DNA of 64,000 nt, from the NCBI RefSeq assembly GCF_015256775.1, contig NZ_JABZLM010000006.1; one strand, given 5' to 3'. Both the position numbers and the translations under genes were made by a program. Of this stretch, positions 1 through 9,479 are shown one piece after another (positions within the stretch are counted from its first letter, which is position 1; every line of letters starts with the position of its first letter). Below the pieces are notes generated by a model, which saw only the letters and a program-made list of their open reading frames with translations, ran no database searches and was not told the DNA's origin. Source of the stretch: Solobacterium sp. (GTDB lineage Bacteria > Bacillota_I > Bacilli_A > Erysipelotrichales > Erysipelotrichaceae).

Positions 1-218
1 TCATTGAGTAAGATTTCCCCTTGCAGTGTTCCTTCGACAACACGAGGAATCAGCCCATTGAGACATTTCAGGAATGTAGATTTACCACTACCACTATTAC
101 CAGTCACCAAAATGATTTCACCTGGCTGTAGCGCAAAATGAACATCTTGAATTCCTTCCGAACTATCTTGATATTGGAAGGAAATGTTCTTACCCTCTAC
201 GACATACGAACCCATAAC
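1..218 (-). CDS. ABC-type ATPase, EcfA/CbiO-like (N-terminal fragment; gene continues past the window start)
   Basis: Reverse-strand translation from an ATG at about 216-218 reads MGSYVVEGKNISFQYQDSSEGIQDV...GEIILVTGNSGSGKST. It contains a Walker A P-loop. It overlaps the stop of the upstream EcfT-like gene. Confidence 0.6.
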
Positions 219-880
219 ATCTCTCCCACCAGTCCTAAGCAAATCGCAACTGTAACAAGCACATCCTTCATTCCAAAGCGAATATTGTAATATGACGTCC
301 TTCTTCCCATGCAATCAATTCCCTTGCACAGTCCTGCAGATGTTAATTCATCTGCTAAAATCAAACAACGAAATAATTGTGGAACTACAAAATATCCAAA
401 ACTCTTTACGATACTTTTCGTTTCAAAACGAATCCCACGCAGACGCATCGATTCATTGATATATCGTAATTCTCGAAAGAATGTTGGTATATATCGTAAC
501 GTAATACTTAACGCTATAATGAACGCTCTTGGTACATGAATACTCTGTAAAGCAGAAATTACCTCAGATGGTTGATAATCATACATCAAGATAAGCGCCA
601 CAATATATGTTGGCATCAATCGAACAATCATCATGAATAACATCGAAACAAACTGCACTACCTCAACATTACTCAACATCAAAAGCTGTTGTCCTAAATA
701 GAATAAAATTGTAATTCCGATAGCTTTACATAATCTTTTATATTTCTTCATGTAAAGCAAAAACAAACTACTGACAATAAAGAAATATAAAGGAATCCAT
801 CTATCATGTACAAACATTAAAATACATGGAATCAATATATTATAGAAAATCAAAACAAGCGGATTAATACGGTATCTCAC
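197..880 (-). CDS. ecfT: ECF transporter transmembrane T component (EcfT/CbiQ family)
   Basis: 227-aa polytopic membrane protein. Its size and hydrophobic pattern are typical of CbiQ/EcfT. It is immediately followed by an ABC ATPase gene in T-then-A order. Confidence 0.6.
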   Translation of the reverse strand: MRYRINPLVLIFYNILIPCILMFVHDRWIPLYFFIVSSLFLLYMKKYKRLCKAIGITILFYLGQQLLMLSNVEVVQFVSMLFMMIVRLMPTYIVALILMYDYQPSEVISALQSIHVPRAFIIALSITLRYIPTFFRELRYINESMRLRGIRFETKSIVKSFGYFVVPQLFRCLILADELTSAGLCKGIDCMGRRTSYYNIRFGMKDVLVTVAICLGLVGEMLWVRMS

Positions 881-989
881 ATTGCCCTCTTTCTAAAGTT
901 AGTTCATATTAACTAACCGAATTATACGCTCATGTGTTTCTTCTTGCAAGAATTGCGTTAATAAATTAACAAAGGTTAGATAAGAATAT

Positions 990-1958
990 CTAACCCTGTA
1001 AAATCGATTGTAATGCTTGTTCTAAAACAGCTACTGTCATCGTTGATTTTTCTAACCACGCATTCATCTGTTCAGTATTTTTTGTGTCAATGATTTCCTG
1101 TATATATAGGAATTCATTTTTCATTGGATCTTCCTCTACAACAACATCAATTTCTTCCGTAAGATTTGTCAGACGATCATGTCGCTCTCCATATCTTACA
1201 TATCCCGGTCTTTCAGGATAGACGATTGTACCATCTTCTGCTTGAATTATTACAAATGGATCAGACGTTGAATCTTTCGCAGCAGTACATACCGCTTGAA
1301 AGTCTGGATACTCCATAATCAATATACCTGATGTATCTACACCATTTTCTGCTAGGTTTGGATAATACTGTACCTTCTTTGGCAAACCAAATAAACCAAC
1401 AACAAAATGGATGTTATATACATTTAAATCCATAAGTGCTCCACCACCATGTGCTTTGTCAAAGGTTGGTGTAATGATACCCCTTCTAAATTCATCATAA
1501 CGACTAGAGTACTTGCTAAAGTTGGCTTGTATGAGTTTGATTTTTCCAATCTTTACTATTTCATCTTTTAGATGTTCATAGTTTTTACTGTATCGAGAAA
1601 GGATTGCTTCAAATAACATGCATTCATGTTCTAGTGCTAAAGCATGCAGTTCTTTAGCTTCGGCAGTAGATATAGTAAAAGGCTTTTCTACGATAACATG
1701 TTTTCTTGCAAGGATTGCATCCTTTGCGTATTGGTAATGTAAAGCATTCGTTAAACCAATATAGACAGTATCAAATGAATCATCATCTAGAAATGCTTGA
1801 TAATCTGTGTATTGATTTTGTATCTGATATTTCTCAACAATTGGTTTCCCCTTTGCTTCATTGCGACACCATAACGCTGTTACTTCAATCTCAGCACGTA
1901 ACATCGCTTCAATTGCGATAGGGACTATCATTCCATTTCCGACAATACCAACTTTCAT
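990..1958 (-). CDS. Gfo/Idh/MocA family NAD(P)-dependent oxidoreductase
   Basis: N-terminal Rossmann motif MKVGIVGNGMIVP, then an EKP motif (VIVEKPF) typical of the Gfo/Idh/MocA fold. 322 aa. Confidence 0.75.
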   Translation of the reverse strand: MKVGIVGNGMIVPIAIEAMLRAEIEVTALWCRNEAKGKPIVEKYQIQNQYTDYQAFLDDDSFDTVYIGLTNALHYQYAKDAILARKHVIVEKPFTISTAEAKELHALALEHECMLFEAILSRYSKNYEHLKDEIVKIGKIKLIQANFSKYSSRYDEFRRGIITPTFDKAHGGGALMDLNVYNIHFVVGLFGLPKKVQYYPNLAENGVDTSGILIMEYPDFQAVCTAAKDSTSDPFVIIQAEDGTIVYPERPGYVRYGERHDRLTNLTEEIDVVVEEDPMKNEFLYIQEIIDTKNTEQMNAWLEKSTMTVAVLEQALQSILQG

Positions 1959-1972
1959 AGAATTTTCTCCCT

Positions 1973-2803
1973 TTAGTCGATTAGTCCAAAGTGCTTGAAT
2001 GCATGGTAAATGCCATCATCCAAAATATCTTTAGTAACATAATCCGCAATCATCTTAACACTCTCTGACCCGTTTCCCATCGCAACGGAAGTTCCACAAT
2101 AGGACAACATCGGAATATCATTTCCACTATCGCCAATACCTATCGCATCACTGCGATCAGCACAGAAATGTTCTAGAACTTTCTCAATGCCAGTTCCCTT
2201 ATTGATATCTTTATTGGTAATTTCTGCCCCATAGAATTTTTTGATAGGGTCTTCGATGACACGGGTGAGGATATATTGACTGTGTAGAGCTTTTTCTAAC
2301 TGGTCAAATTCATGTCCATCTTCGCTGTATACACAGATTTTGTATATTTCATCATCTTCATGTGCCGCTTCTTCTGGATAGATACAGTTTGCCATTGCAT
2401 TCTGTACTTTTTCTTCGTAGCTTGCATTCGGTAGCGAAAAGTATTTAAGCAGGAATTCATAACCTAATTCATTCCCATACGCCCCTGCATTTCCTTCTAA
2501 GCCATACCCTAGTTTCATACCATTAATCATATCTTTTAGATACTGTAATTCTTCTTTTGGAATTGGACTATCATAGATACATTTGCGATCGGCATAGACT
2601 TTCGCACCAGCCGCAAGGATATAACCATCAATATCATATTCTAGATATGTCACAATCTCAGCTAAGCTTCTTCCTGTACATAAGAATACTTTATGACCAT
2701 TCTGTCTTGCTTTATGAATTGCACGTAAAGCACTCTCAGGTGTTTCATTGGTTGTTGGACTATATAAGGTGCCATCAATATCTAGAAATATATATTTTGT
2801 CAT
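1973..2803 (-). CDS. Cof-type HAD-IIB family phosphatase
   Basis: HAD motif I FLDIDGTL near the N-terminus and motif IV GDSGNDIPM near the C-terminus. Start chosen at MTKYIF because GGAGG lies 8 nt upstream. The longer ORF begins at 2854. Confidence 0.75.
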   Translation of the reverse strand: MTKYIFLDIDGTLYSPTTNETPESALRAIHKARQNGHKVFLCTGRSLAEIVTYLEYDIDGYILAAGAKVYADRKCIYDSPIPKEELQYLKDMINGMKLGYGLEGNAGAYGNELGYEFLLKYFSLPNASYEEKVQNAMANCIYPEEAAHEDDEIYKICVYSEDGHEFDQLEKALHSQYILTRVIEDPIKKFYGAEITNKDINKGTGIEKVLEHFCADRSDAIGIGDSGNDIPMLSYCGTSVAMGNGSESVKMIADYVTKDILDDGIYHAFKHFGLID

Positions 2804-2858
2804 ATTAAATCCTCCGTCTCTATTATAGCCAAAAAACAGACTGGCTTGTGCCAATCTG

Positions 2859-3560
2859 TTACATTCCTTGGATATTTGCTTTTTTTATTCTGCTCATTAG
2901 TACTGGAACCATCAATAAGCAGACAATCATCGTTACTAAGTTATACCAAAGATTATAACCTAGGGAGAACGTCCACGCTGGTAAGCTTCCAGCTGCAGTG
3001 CCCTCTGCCCAGAAATACGCACCGGAAATAACCGTAGAGAAGTACTTGATGATCATTACAATCACAATACCGAAATGACCTTTTGTGCTTGTTAGGAATA
3101 GGCCTAATGCAATGACCAAGGCTGCTAATACAATGCCAGCTACTAGAGCCATTAAATTCATACCGTAAGAGTAATATACAGCAGCACATGCAGATAAACC
3201 AATTAAAGATACCACAGTTAATACAATGGGTTTGCTTGCATGTTCAAAAGGCTTAAAGAGCGAAACCATTCCAACAATACTGATTGGTAGCACGTAGTCT
3301 AATAGAATCTGTATTGGTTGAACAAAATACATTGGAAAACCTAATACAATTGTTAGTAAGAATGAAGCTAGTCCACACAGAACTCCATACTTCCAACCAA
3401 GATGATACGATGCAATCATCAGTGGAATTAACTCCAGTTCAATAGATCCACCATTTGGCATCTGTAGGAAAGGTATCATATTTCCTACCATTTTTAGCGC
3501 TACATATAACGCCATGTAGATTGCCATGAACGCAATCGTTTTAATCTGATCGTTTTTCAT
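2859..3560 (-). CDS. ECF transporter S (substrate-specific) component, thiamine or thiamine-precursor family (ThiT/YkoE-like)
   Basis: Small polytopic membrane protein directly downstream of a TPP riboswitch. Start MKNDQIK with GGAGG 9 nt upstream. The track ORF extends to 3662 but that part overlaps the riboswitch. Confidence 0.55.
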   Translation of the reverse strand: MKNDQIKTIAFMAIYMALYVALKMVGNMIPFLQMPNGGSIELELIPLMIASYHLGWKYGVLCGLASFLLTIVLGFPMYFVQPIQILLDYVLPISIVGMVSLFKPFEHASKPIVLTVVSLIGLSACAAVYYSYGMNLMALVAGIVLAALVIALGLFLTSTKGHFGIVIVMIIKYFSTVISGAYFWAEGTAAGSLPAWTFSLGYNLWYNLVTMIVCLLMVPVLMSRIKKANIQGM

Positions 3561-3574
3561 AAAAAATACACCTC

Positions 3575-3680
3575 CATTTTGAAGGCGCAAGGAATTAAAA
3601 CCTGAACTCCCTACGCTAGCTTTACCTAGATCAGGTGATAAGGGTTTTTTCTCAGCATGCATGCACCCCTGTTCACGAGT
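3575..3680 (-). promoter_or_regulatory. TPP (thiamine pyrophosphate) riboswitch, THI element
   Basis: Minus-strand sequence reads GUGAACAGGGGUGC..GCUGAGA..ACCCUUAUCACCUGAUCUAGGUAAAGCUAGCGUAGGGAGUUCAG. It has the conserved GGGGUGC, CUGAGA and ACCUGAUCU(A/G)GxUAAUxCxAGCGUAGGGA blocks. P1 closes as UGAAC/GUUCA. Confidence 0.85.
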
Positions 3681-4082
3681 TTAATCATATCACTTTTCGA
3701 AACGAAAGAAAAAAGAATATTGCTTGGATGCCCCGTCCCTACAATATTCTTTATTATTTCGCATATTCCAGTGTAATTTGAGGAGGACACGGATATGCAT
3801 GGATTTTTTCCGGACATTATGTCAATTAGATTTTTTTACAAGTCTGCCCATGACTTGTAAATAAAGGGTTCCGGAACACGCAGGTACTGATGCATAAAGG
3901 AGTGTGTGATGGAAAGAGTGAGACATCAGTTAGCCTGTGCTAACTGTATGTTAGCAAACACTAACCCTCCTGTCAACAAAGATTATCATTTTTTTGTAAA
4001 AATATTCCCAATTTTGTTTCAAATCTCAAACTCGTTACAAAAAGACAACATATGTTACGCCACATGTTGCCCTATATCTTTA

Positions 4083-5306
4083 TTAATCGCTCATCTTTTG
4101 AATGAGTTCATATTGGTCGCTTGTCATTCTAAAGTGTGCGATTCCACAGTTTGGAACGGTATTGATACCCAGTTCGGAGGCTTCTTGGAAGACATCCTCC
4201 TTCTTTAATCCAAATAAGGCTTCTAGACATACAAGATAGAAGTCTCCGTGAGAAACCAGTAATACTTTATCTTGATCTTGATGCGTATCATAAATTTCAT
4301 GAAAGATAGAATTCATGCGCTTTGTGACATCGTCATACTCCTCGCCACCAACATCACCATAGTGCGTATCCATAAAACGTTTGCCACTAGGATCTGCCTC
4401 TTTGAATGTCATACCTTCAAGGTCACCATAACTAACTTCACAAATCTTCTTTGTATAGACACTATTTCCTGGGTGATATTGAGCCATGATATCTGCAGTA
4501 TCACGCGCTCTTTCCGCTGTTGAAACATAAATCATAGAAAAAGGTATCTCCTTTAACTTCTCAGCTGCCTCTTGTGCTTCTTGAATTCCCTTTTTAGTTA
4601 AAGGACTATCACATCTGCCCTGCATACGCTCTTGGACATTAAATCTTGTTTCACCATGGCGCATCAAATAAATATCAATTGTCTTTGGATGATAGATTTG
4701 ACGATATTCATTCACATTAATTGGCTCTTGGTCTAAAAAGAACTTTCCATCCTTATAATGGAATATCAACATGCCTGTATTCGGCATGAGCCAACGATCT
4801 TGTGCCTTACAGCGTTCTACATAATCATCTAGATTCATTCCAAACAGGATTTCTAAAATACGAACCGCATACGCACCATGACCAACCAATAAAATTGTAT
4901 CGCCATCACTAGATTCCTCAACGATGTTCTGCATTGTTGTACGAACTCTTTGTGCAAATCCTGAATTTGTTTCCCCACCTTCTGATGACCAATCATCAAA
5001 GAACGGAGAGTCCAAGACCTCTTCCTTACGTGCACCATCTAAAGAGCCAAAAGAGAACTCCTTCAGGCCTTTGGTAAGGATTAATGGAATATCATGATAC
5101 TTACAGATTTCTTTTGCTGTATCCCAAGCTCTTTCAGAGGTAGAACAATATGCTCGATTAAACGGCACATTTCTGAGTGCGGACGCAACGTTTTCTGCCT
5201 GTTGAATACCCTCATCTAACAGCGGACTATCACACCAACCCTGCATACGCCCTTTCAGGTTAAATAAGGTTTTTCCGTGTCTAACAAAGTAAAATTTCAA
5301 TTCCAT
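4083..5306 (-). CDS. tandem histidine phosphatase (phosphoglycerate-mutase family) fusion protein
   Basis: Two complete RHG-motif domains in one 407-aa ORF: FYFVRHGKTLFN...HG and IYLMRHGETRFN...SHG. Confidence 0.7.
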   Translation of the reverse strand: MELKFYFVRHGKTLFNLKGRMQGWCDSPLLDEGIQQAENVASALRNVPFNRAYCSTSERAWDTAKEICKYHDIPLILTKGLKEFSFGSLDGARKEEVLDSPFFDDWSSEGGETNSGFAQRVRTTMQNIVEESSDGDTILLVGHGAYAVRILEILFGMNLDDYVERCKAQDRWLMPNTGMLIFHYKDGKFFLDQEPINVNEYRQIYHPKTIDIYLMRHGETRFNVQERMQGRCDSPLTKKGIQEAQEAAEKLKEIPFSMIYVSTAERARDTADIMAQYHPGNSVYTKKICEVSYGDLEGMTFKEADPSGKRFMDTHYGDVGGEEYDDVTKRMNSIFHEIYDTHQDQDKVLLVSHGDFYLVCLEALFGLKKEDVFQEASELGINTVPNCGIAHFRMTSDQYELIQKMSD

Positions 5307-5442
5307 GTATTTTGTACCCCAATTCTTTGTATTTTCTCTTATTTTTCACAAATAATGTTGGTAATAAACGCCGAGAATACTATAATATTTTAGTCGCTAT
5401 GATAGTATCATATACGTATATACTACATTCTGAAAGGGTATT

Positions 5443-6777
5443 ATGAATTTTCTTAGAAATAAACTACATCTAACATATCCACAGATGATTATTCTGGGAT
5501 TCGGGGCGATTATCTTATTTGGTGCATTGTTACTGACAACACCGCTTGCTAGTCAATCTGGTCAATGGACACCATTTATCAACGCACTATTTACATCAAC
5601 GTCGTGTGTTTGCGTAACGGGATTGATTGTCTACGACACCGCCACATATTGGAGCTTCTTCGGACAGCTTGTCATTATTATTTTAATCCAGATTGGTGGC
5701 CTTGGTGTTATAACGGTTATCACATCCTTGGCGCTTATTACTGGTAAACGCATTGGATATCTTGCTCGTTCTACTTTAGCAAACTCCATCTCAATCTCAG
5801 CTGTTGGTGGAATTATCCGCTTACTGCACTTTATCTTTAAGATTACATTTATGGTGGAAGGTTTCTTCGCCATACTCATGTCATTTATATTTATACCGGA
5901 TTTTGGGGTCGTTAAAGGTATTTGGTATAGTATCTTCCATTCTATCTCTGCTTTCTGTAATGCAGGATTTGACTTAATGGGTGTACGCGAACCATTCTCA
6001 TCCCTAACAAGTTATGTGTCCAATCCAATTATCAATATCTCAATTATGTCTTTAATTCTGATTGGTGGATTGAGCTTCTCCACTTGGGCAGATATCAAAG
6101 AGTACAAGTTTAATCTACACCGTTACCACATGCAGTCTAAGATCATCTTGTTAATGACCGCAATCCTAGTCGTATTCCCTGCAATCTACTTCTTCTTTGT
6201 GGATTTTACAGGCATGCCTTTAGGGTCAAGAATCCTAGCATCCTTCTTCCAATCTGTAACACCACGTACTGCTGGATTTAATACAGTAGACCTTACAAAG
6301 ATGACTGAATCCAGTATCTTCTTACAGATTATATTAATGTTAATTGGTGCTGCACCAGGTTCTACTGGTGGTGGTATGAAGATAACAACCTTCTTCGTAT
6401 TAGTCACAACAAGTATGGCAATCTTTAGAAACCGTTCCCGTACAGAGAGTTTCGGTAGAACAATTCCAGAGACAGTCGTACGTAACGCTACCACAATCTT
6501 GATGTTATATATCTCATTATGTGTAGGTGCCGCAATGATTATTAGTGTCATTGAGAATGTTCCAATGATAACCGCAATGTATGAGACCGCATCCGCAATC
6601 GCTACCGTAGGTTTAACCCTTGGTATCACACGTGATTTAACAATCATTTCAAGAATCATCTTAATCTTCCTAATGTTCGCTGGACGTATTGGAGGACTCA
6701 CCTTGATTTATGGTATGTTCCCATTCCGCAATCAATGCTTAGGTAGATGTATTGAAGAAAATGTAGCCGTAGGCTAA
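5443..6777 (+). CDS. ktrB: TrkH/KtrB family potassium uptake membrane protein
   Basis: 444-aa polytopic protein with repeated selectivity-filter-like GxG motifs (TGLIVYD, GGLGVITV, GSTGGGMKITT). An adjacent TrkA gene follows. Confidence 0.8.
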   Translation: MNFLRNKLHLTYPQMIILGFGAIILFGALLLTTPLASQSGQWTPFINALFTSTSCVCVTGLIVYDTATYWSFFGQLVIIILIQIGGLGVITVITSLALITGKRIGYLARSTLANSISISAVGGIIRLLHFIFKITFMVEGFFAILMSFIFIPDFGVVKGIWYSIFHSISAFCNAGFDLMGVREPFSSLTSYVSNPIINISIMSLILIGGLSFSTWADIKEYKFNLHRYHMQSKIILLMTAILVVFPAIYFFFVDFTGMPLGSRILASFFQSVTPRTAGFNTVDLTKMTESSIFLQIILMLIGAAPGSTGGGMKITTFFVLVTTSMAIFRNRSRTESFGRTIPETVVRNATTILMLYISLCVGAAMIISVIENVPMITAMYETASAIATVGLTLGITRDLTIISRIILIFLMFAGRIGGLTLIYGMFPFRNQCLGRCIEENVAVG

Positions 6778-6789
6778 ATAGGAGAGAGT

Positions 6790-7443
6790 ATGAAACAGAT
6801 TTTAATTATTGGTATGGGTCGTTTTGGCCGTCATATTGCCCGCAAGTTAAATGATTTAGATATTCAGGTATTAGGTATTGATAATGATGAAGATAAGGTA
6901 AGAGAAGTATTACCTTATGTTACAAACGCCGAAGTTGGTGATGCGACAAACCAAGATTTCTTAAAGACACTAGGTCTTAAGAATTTTGATGTTTGTATCG
7001 TTGCGGTTGGTGATAACTTCTTAGCTTCCCTAGAAATCACTTCTTACCTCAAGGAGTTAGGCGCAAAGAAAGTTGTATCCCGTGCTGCACGTGATACACA
7101 AGAAAAGTTCTTATTACGAAATGGCGCAGATGCAGTTGTATATCCTGAAAAGTTAATGGGTAACTTAACTGCCATGCGTTATAGCAGTGATAATATCTTT
7201 GACTATATTCAAATCGGCAAAGACTTCGCGGTATTCGAAATCGCTGTACCTAATGAATGGTTAGGTAAGACAATCGGCCAGGTTGATGTACGTAAACACT
7301 ACAACATCAACATCATTGCGATTAAGAAAGATGACGATATCTCTGTTACACCAGGTGCTTCTCATATACTCAACTCTGAAGAATCCTTATTAGTATTAGG
7401 AAAAGACAAAGATATCCGCAGTGCTTTCCATATCTTAGGTTAG
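6790..7443 (+). CDS. ktrA: TrkA/KtrA potassium uptake regulatory subunit (RCK N + C domains)
   Basis: Begins with the N-terminal Rossmann motif ILIIGMGRFGRHIA. 217 aa. Gene order is ktrB-ktrA. Confidence 0.8.
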   Translation: MKQILIIGMGRFGRHIARKLNDLDIQVLGIDNDEDKVREVLPYVTNAEVGDATNQDFLKTLGLKNFDVCIVAVGDNFLASLEITSYLKELGAKKVVSRAARDTQEKFLLRNGADAVVYPEKLMGNLTAMRYSSDNIFDYIQIGKDFAVFEIAVPNEWLGKTIGQVDVRKHYNINIIAIKKDDDISVTPGASHILNSEESLLVLGKDKDIRSAFHILG

Positions 7444-8303
7444 TTCTCTTTCGATTGTCTTCGATATGCAATATCCCCTCCTTCATTTTGATAGGTATGA
7501 CTTGGGGATATTCCAAAATGTTTCTTATACAATCGACTAAAATATAATGGATCTTGATATCCTACATTCCAAGCAGCCTCCGTTACTGAATAACCCTTCA
7601 GTAATAAATCGGCTGCTTTTCTTAATCGCAAACGAATTAGATAGTCAATTGGACGAATATGATAGACTTTATTAAACTTATAGGAGAAATGTGCCTCATC
7701 CATCTGTGCAGCTTTAGCTAAATCCTTTAACTTTAGATTCTCATGATATGAAGTTCCCATCAGTTCAATCGCATTTTCAATCTGTAATAATTCCTGATTG
7801 ATATATGAATAGCCAAAGGAACTAAGAATCAGTTGTTGAGCGATTAAGTTACGTTGAATCTGGTCATCCCAGTTTGCACGCATGACACTATTCTTCAAAC
7901 GATTTAATAACTCAATAAAACTACTATCTTGAAGTGAAGAGATTTTATATACCATATTCATGATGTCGCTACTACCGTGCCATGGAACCTCTGGATCGTA
8001 ATAAATATTCAAATGGACAAACGATTCCTTTGAAGTAACTTCAAATGTAACTCTTTGATTTTTCGCCCCGTGAATAATATCGTTTGAACTAACATGGAAT
8101 GTTTGATCATTAAAAGAAATGATTGCGGATCCCGAAAGAGGGTAAATAAAGGCACTATGCGTTGTATCATAGGAAATCTGTTTTCCACTCTCTTTGGTCT
8201 GTAAAGAAATTCCCGTAATCAATAACTTACGACTGGTATATTCTTTCTGACAAGCAATCACAAAATCCTTTTTCTGCATACTTTCACCTCTTTTTTTATA
8301 CAA
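7440..8303 (-). CDS. AraC family transcriptional regulator (cupin-like N-terminal sensor, C-terminal HTH)
   Basis: C-terminal AraC HTH signature YSVTEAAWNVGYQDPLYFSRLYKKHFGISPS. Divergent from an iron-siderophore ABC operon. Confidence 0.75.
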   Translation of the reverse strand: MYKKRGESMQKKDFVIACQKEYTSRKLLITGISLQTKESGKQISYDTTHSAFIYPLSGSAIISFNDQTFHVSSNDIIHGAKNQRVTFEVTSKESFVHLNIYYDPEVPWHGSSDIMNMVYKISSLQDSSFIELLNRLKNSVMRANWDDQIQRNLIAQQLILSSFGYSYINQELLQIENAIELMGTSYHENLKLKDLAKAAQMDEAHFSYKFNKVYHIRPIDYLIRLRLRKAADLLLKGYSVTEAAWNVGYQDPLYFSRLYKKHFGISPSHTYQNEGGDIAYRRQSKEN

Positions 8304-8314
8304 TCTTTCTTACA

Positions 8315-8340
8315 TGGATAATATTTTATATAATTATCCA
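8315..8340. promoter_or_regulatory. GATAAT..ATTATC inverted repeat (Fur-box-like or AraC operator candidate) in the divergent araC/fecCD promoter region
   Basis: tggataat-attttatata-attatcca, with 8-bp perfect arms. A second 7-bp inverted repeat, gttagtt-tgccat-aactaac, lies at 8399-8418 between a TATAAT box (8384-8389) and the fecCD RBS. Confidence 0.3.
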
Positions 8341-8445
8341 TGTTTTTTTACTATTCTACATTTAAATTCATAAACTTTCCATTTATAATGATACGGTGGT
8401 TAGTTTGCCATAACTAACTTAAGCGAAAGGTATGACATAAATTCA

Positions 8446-9477
8446 ATGATAGCGAAGTCGAAACGTGATATTACATTTCCATATCTATTACTGTTCTTAT
8501 GTGTCTGTTTGGGGATATCCTTACTAGTTGCTGTATCTCTAGGTGCTGTAAAGATTCCTATCTTAGATACATATCAAATTATCGTCAATCATCTATTTCA
8601 TATTGGAAATGTAGATCATATTGCGAAATCTACGATTGCGATTGTATGGAATATGCGTAGTCCTCGTGTCATTATGGGACTCATCGCTGGTGCAGGTCTT
8701 GCGCTTTGTGGCAGTACGATGCAGACGACGGTTAATAATCCCATCTGTGAACCATATATATTGGGAATCTCCGCAGGTGCAACCTTCGGCGCAACTCTCC
8801 TAATTATCCTAGGACTTAAATCATTGATTGGTTTTGGTGCCTTCCTTGGCGCAATTATCGCAACGATTATCGTATTGGTGATTGCTTCTGCAGGTAAAAA
8901 GATTACGACCACGAGCTTGGTATTATCTGGTGTTGTTGTCAATGCACTATTTAGTGCCATTTCCAACTTCATCATCTCTATCGGCGCAAACTCCGACAAT
9001 ATGATGACCATTAAATTCTGGACCATGGGCTCTCTTGCCAGTTCCTCTTGGGGAAGTATTCTCCTTCCATTCATCATTATCTTAGTTGCCTGTCTCTTCT
9101 TTATGACACAACACCGCATCATGAATGCGATGTTAATGGGAGATGAAGTTGCTATCACTTTAGGTATTTCTCTTCAGAAATACAGAATGATTTACATGCT
9201 AGTCATTGCGTTTATCACCGGTATTCTCGTTTCAAGTTGTGGAATTATTGGCTTTGTGGGACTCATTACGCCACACATCGCAAGAGCTCTAGTCGGAACA
9301 AGTCACCAAAAGATGATTCCTATCTCGGTAATCCTAGGCAGTCTCTTTGTGATATGGGCAGACGTACTAGCACGTTGTCTTTTACCAAATGCAGAACTAC
9401 CAATTGGTATCTTTACAGCACTGGTTGGTGCACCATTCTTTGTCTACATTGTCATTAAGAATCAGAAAGGTGGTTAA
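8446..9477 (+). CDS. FecCD-family iron-siderophore ABC transporter permease
   Basis: 343-aa polytopic protein with FecCD-type features. Followed by an ATPase and a substrate-binding lipoprotein. Confidence 0.75.
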   Translation: MIAKSKRDITFPYLLLFLCVCLGISLLVAVSLGAVKIPILDTYQIIVNHLFHIGNVDHIAKSTIAIVWNMRSPRVIMGLIAGAGLALCGSTMQTTVNNPICEPYILGISAGATFGATLLIILGLKSLIGFGAFLGAIIATIIVLVIASAGKKITTTSLVLSGVVVNALFSAISNFIISIGANSDNMMTIKFWTMGSLASSSWGSILLPFIIILVACLFFMTQHRIMNAMLMGDEVAITLGISLQKYRMIYMLVIAFITGILVSSCGIIGFVGLITPHIARALVGTSHQKMIPISVILGSLFVIWADVLARCLLPNAELPIGIFTALVGAPFFVYIVIKNQKGG

Positions 9478-9479
9478 GT

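Noticed and set aside
309-539. 76-aa plus-strand ORF inside the EcfT gene. Similar antisense ORFs lie at 1706-1921, 2557-2808, 4272-4523, 5631-5879, 6186-6701, 8616-9158 and elsewhere.
   Set aside because: Each is fully embedded in the opposite strand of a longer, motif-supported CDS. They lack RBSs and have biased, low-complexity composition.
3626-3817. 63-aa minus-strand ORF
   Set aside because: It overlaps the TPP riboswitch aptamer and its promoter. The conserved THI-box explains the sequence better.
3906-4208. 100-aa plus-strand ORF downstream of the riboswitch region
   Set aside because: It overlaps the 3' end of the histidine-phosphatase gene on the other strand. It has a Cys-rich odd composition, no RBS, and its start lies in a hairpin-rich terminator-like zone (gttagc/gctaac repeats at 3930-3965).
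5307-5442. Possible c-di-AMP (ydaO) riboswitch upstream of ktrB
   Set aside because: The 136-bp leader is AT-rich and lacks the GC-rich conserved ydaO helices. It looks like a plain divergent promoter region.
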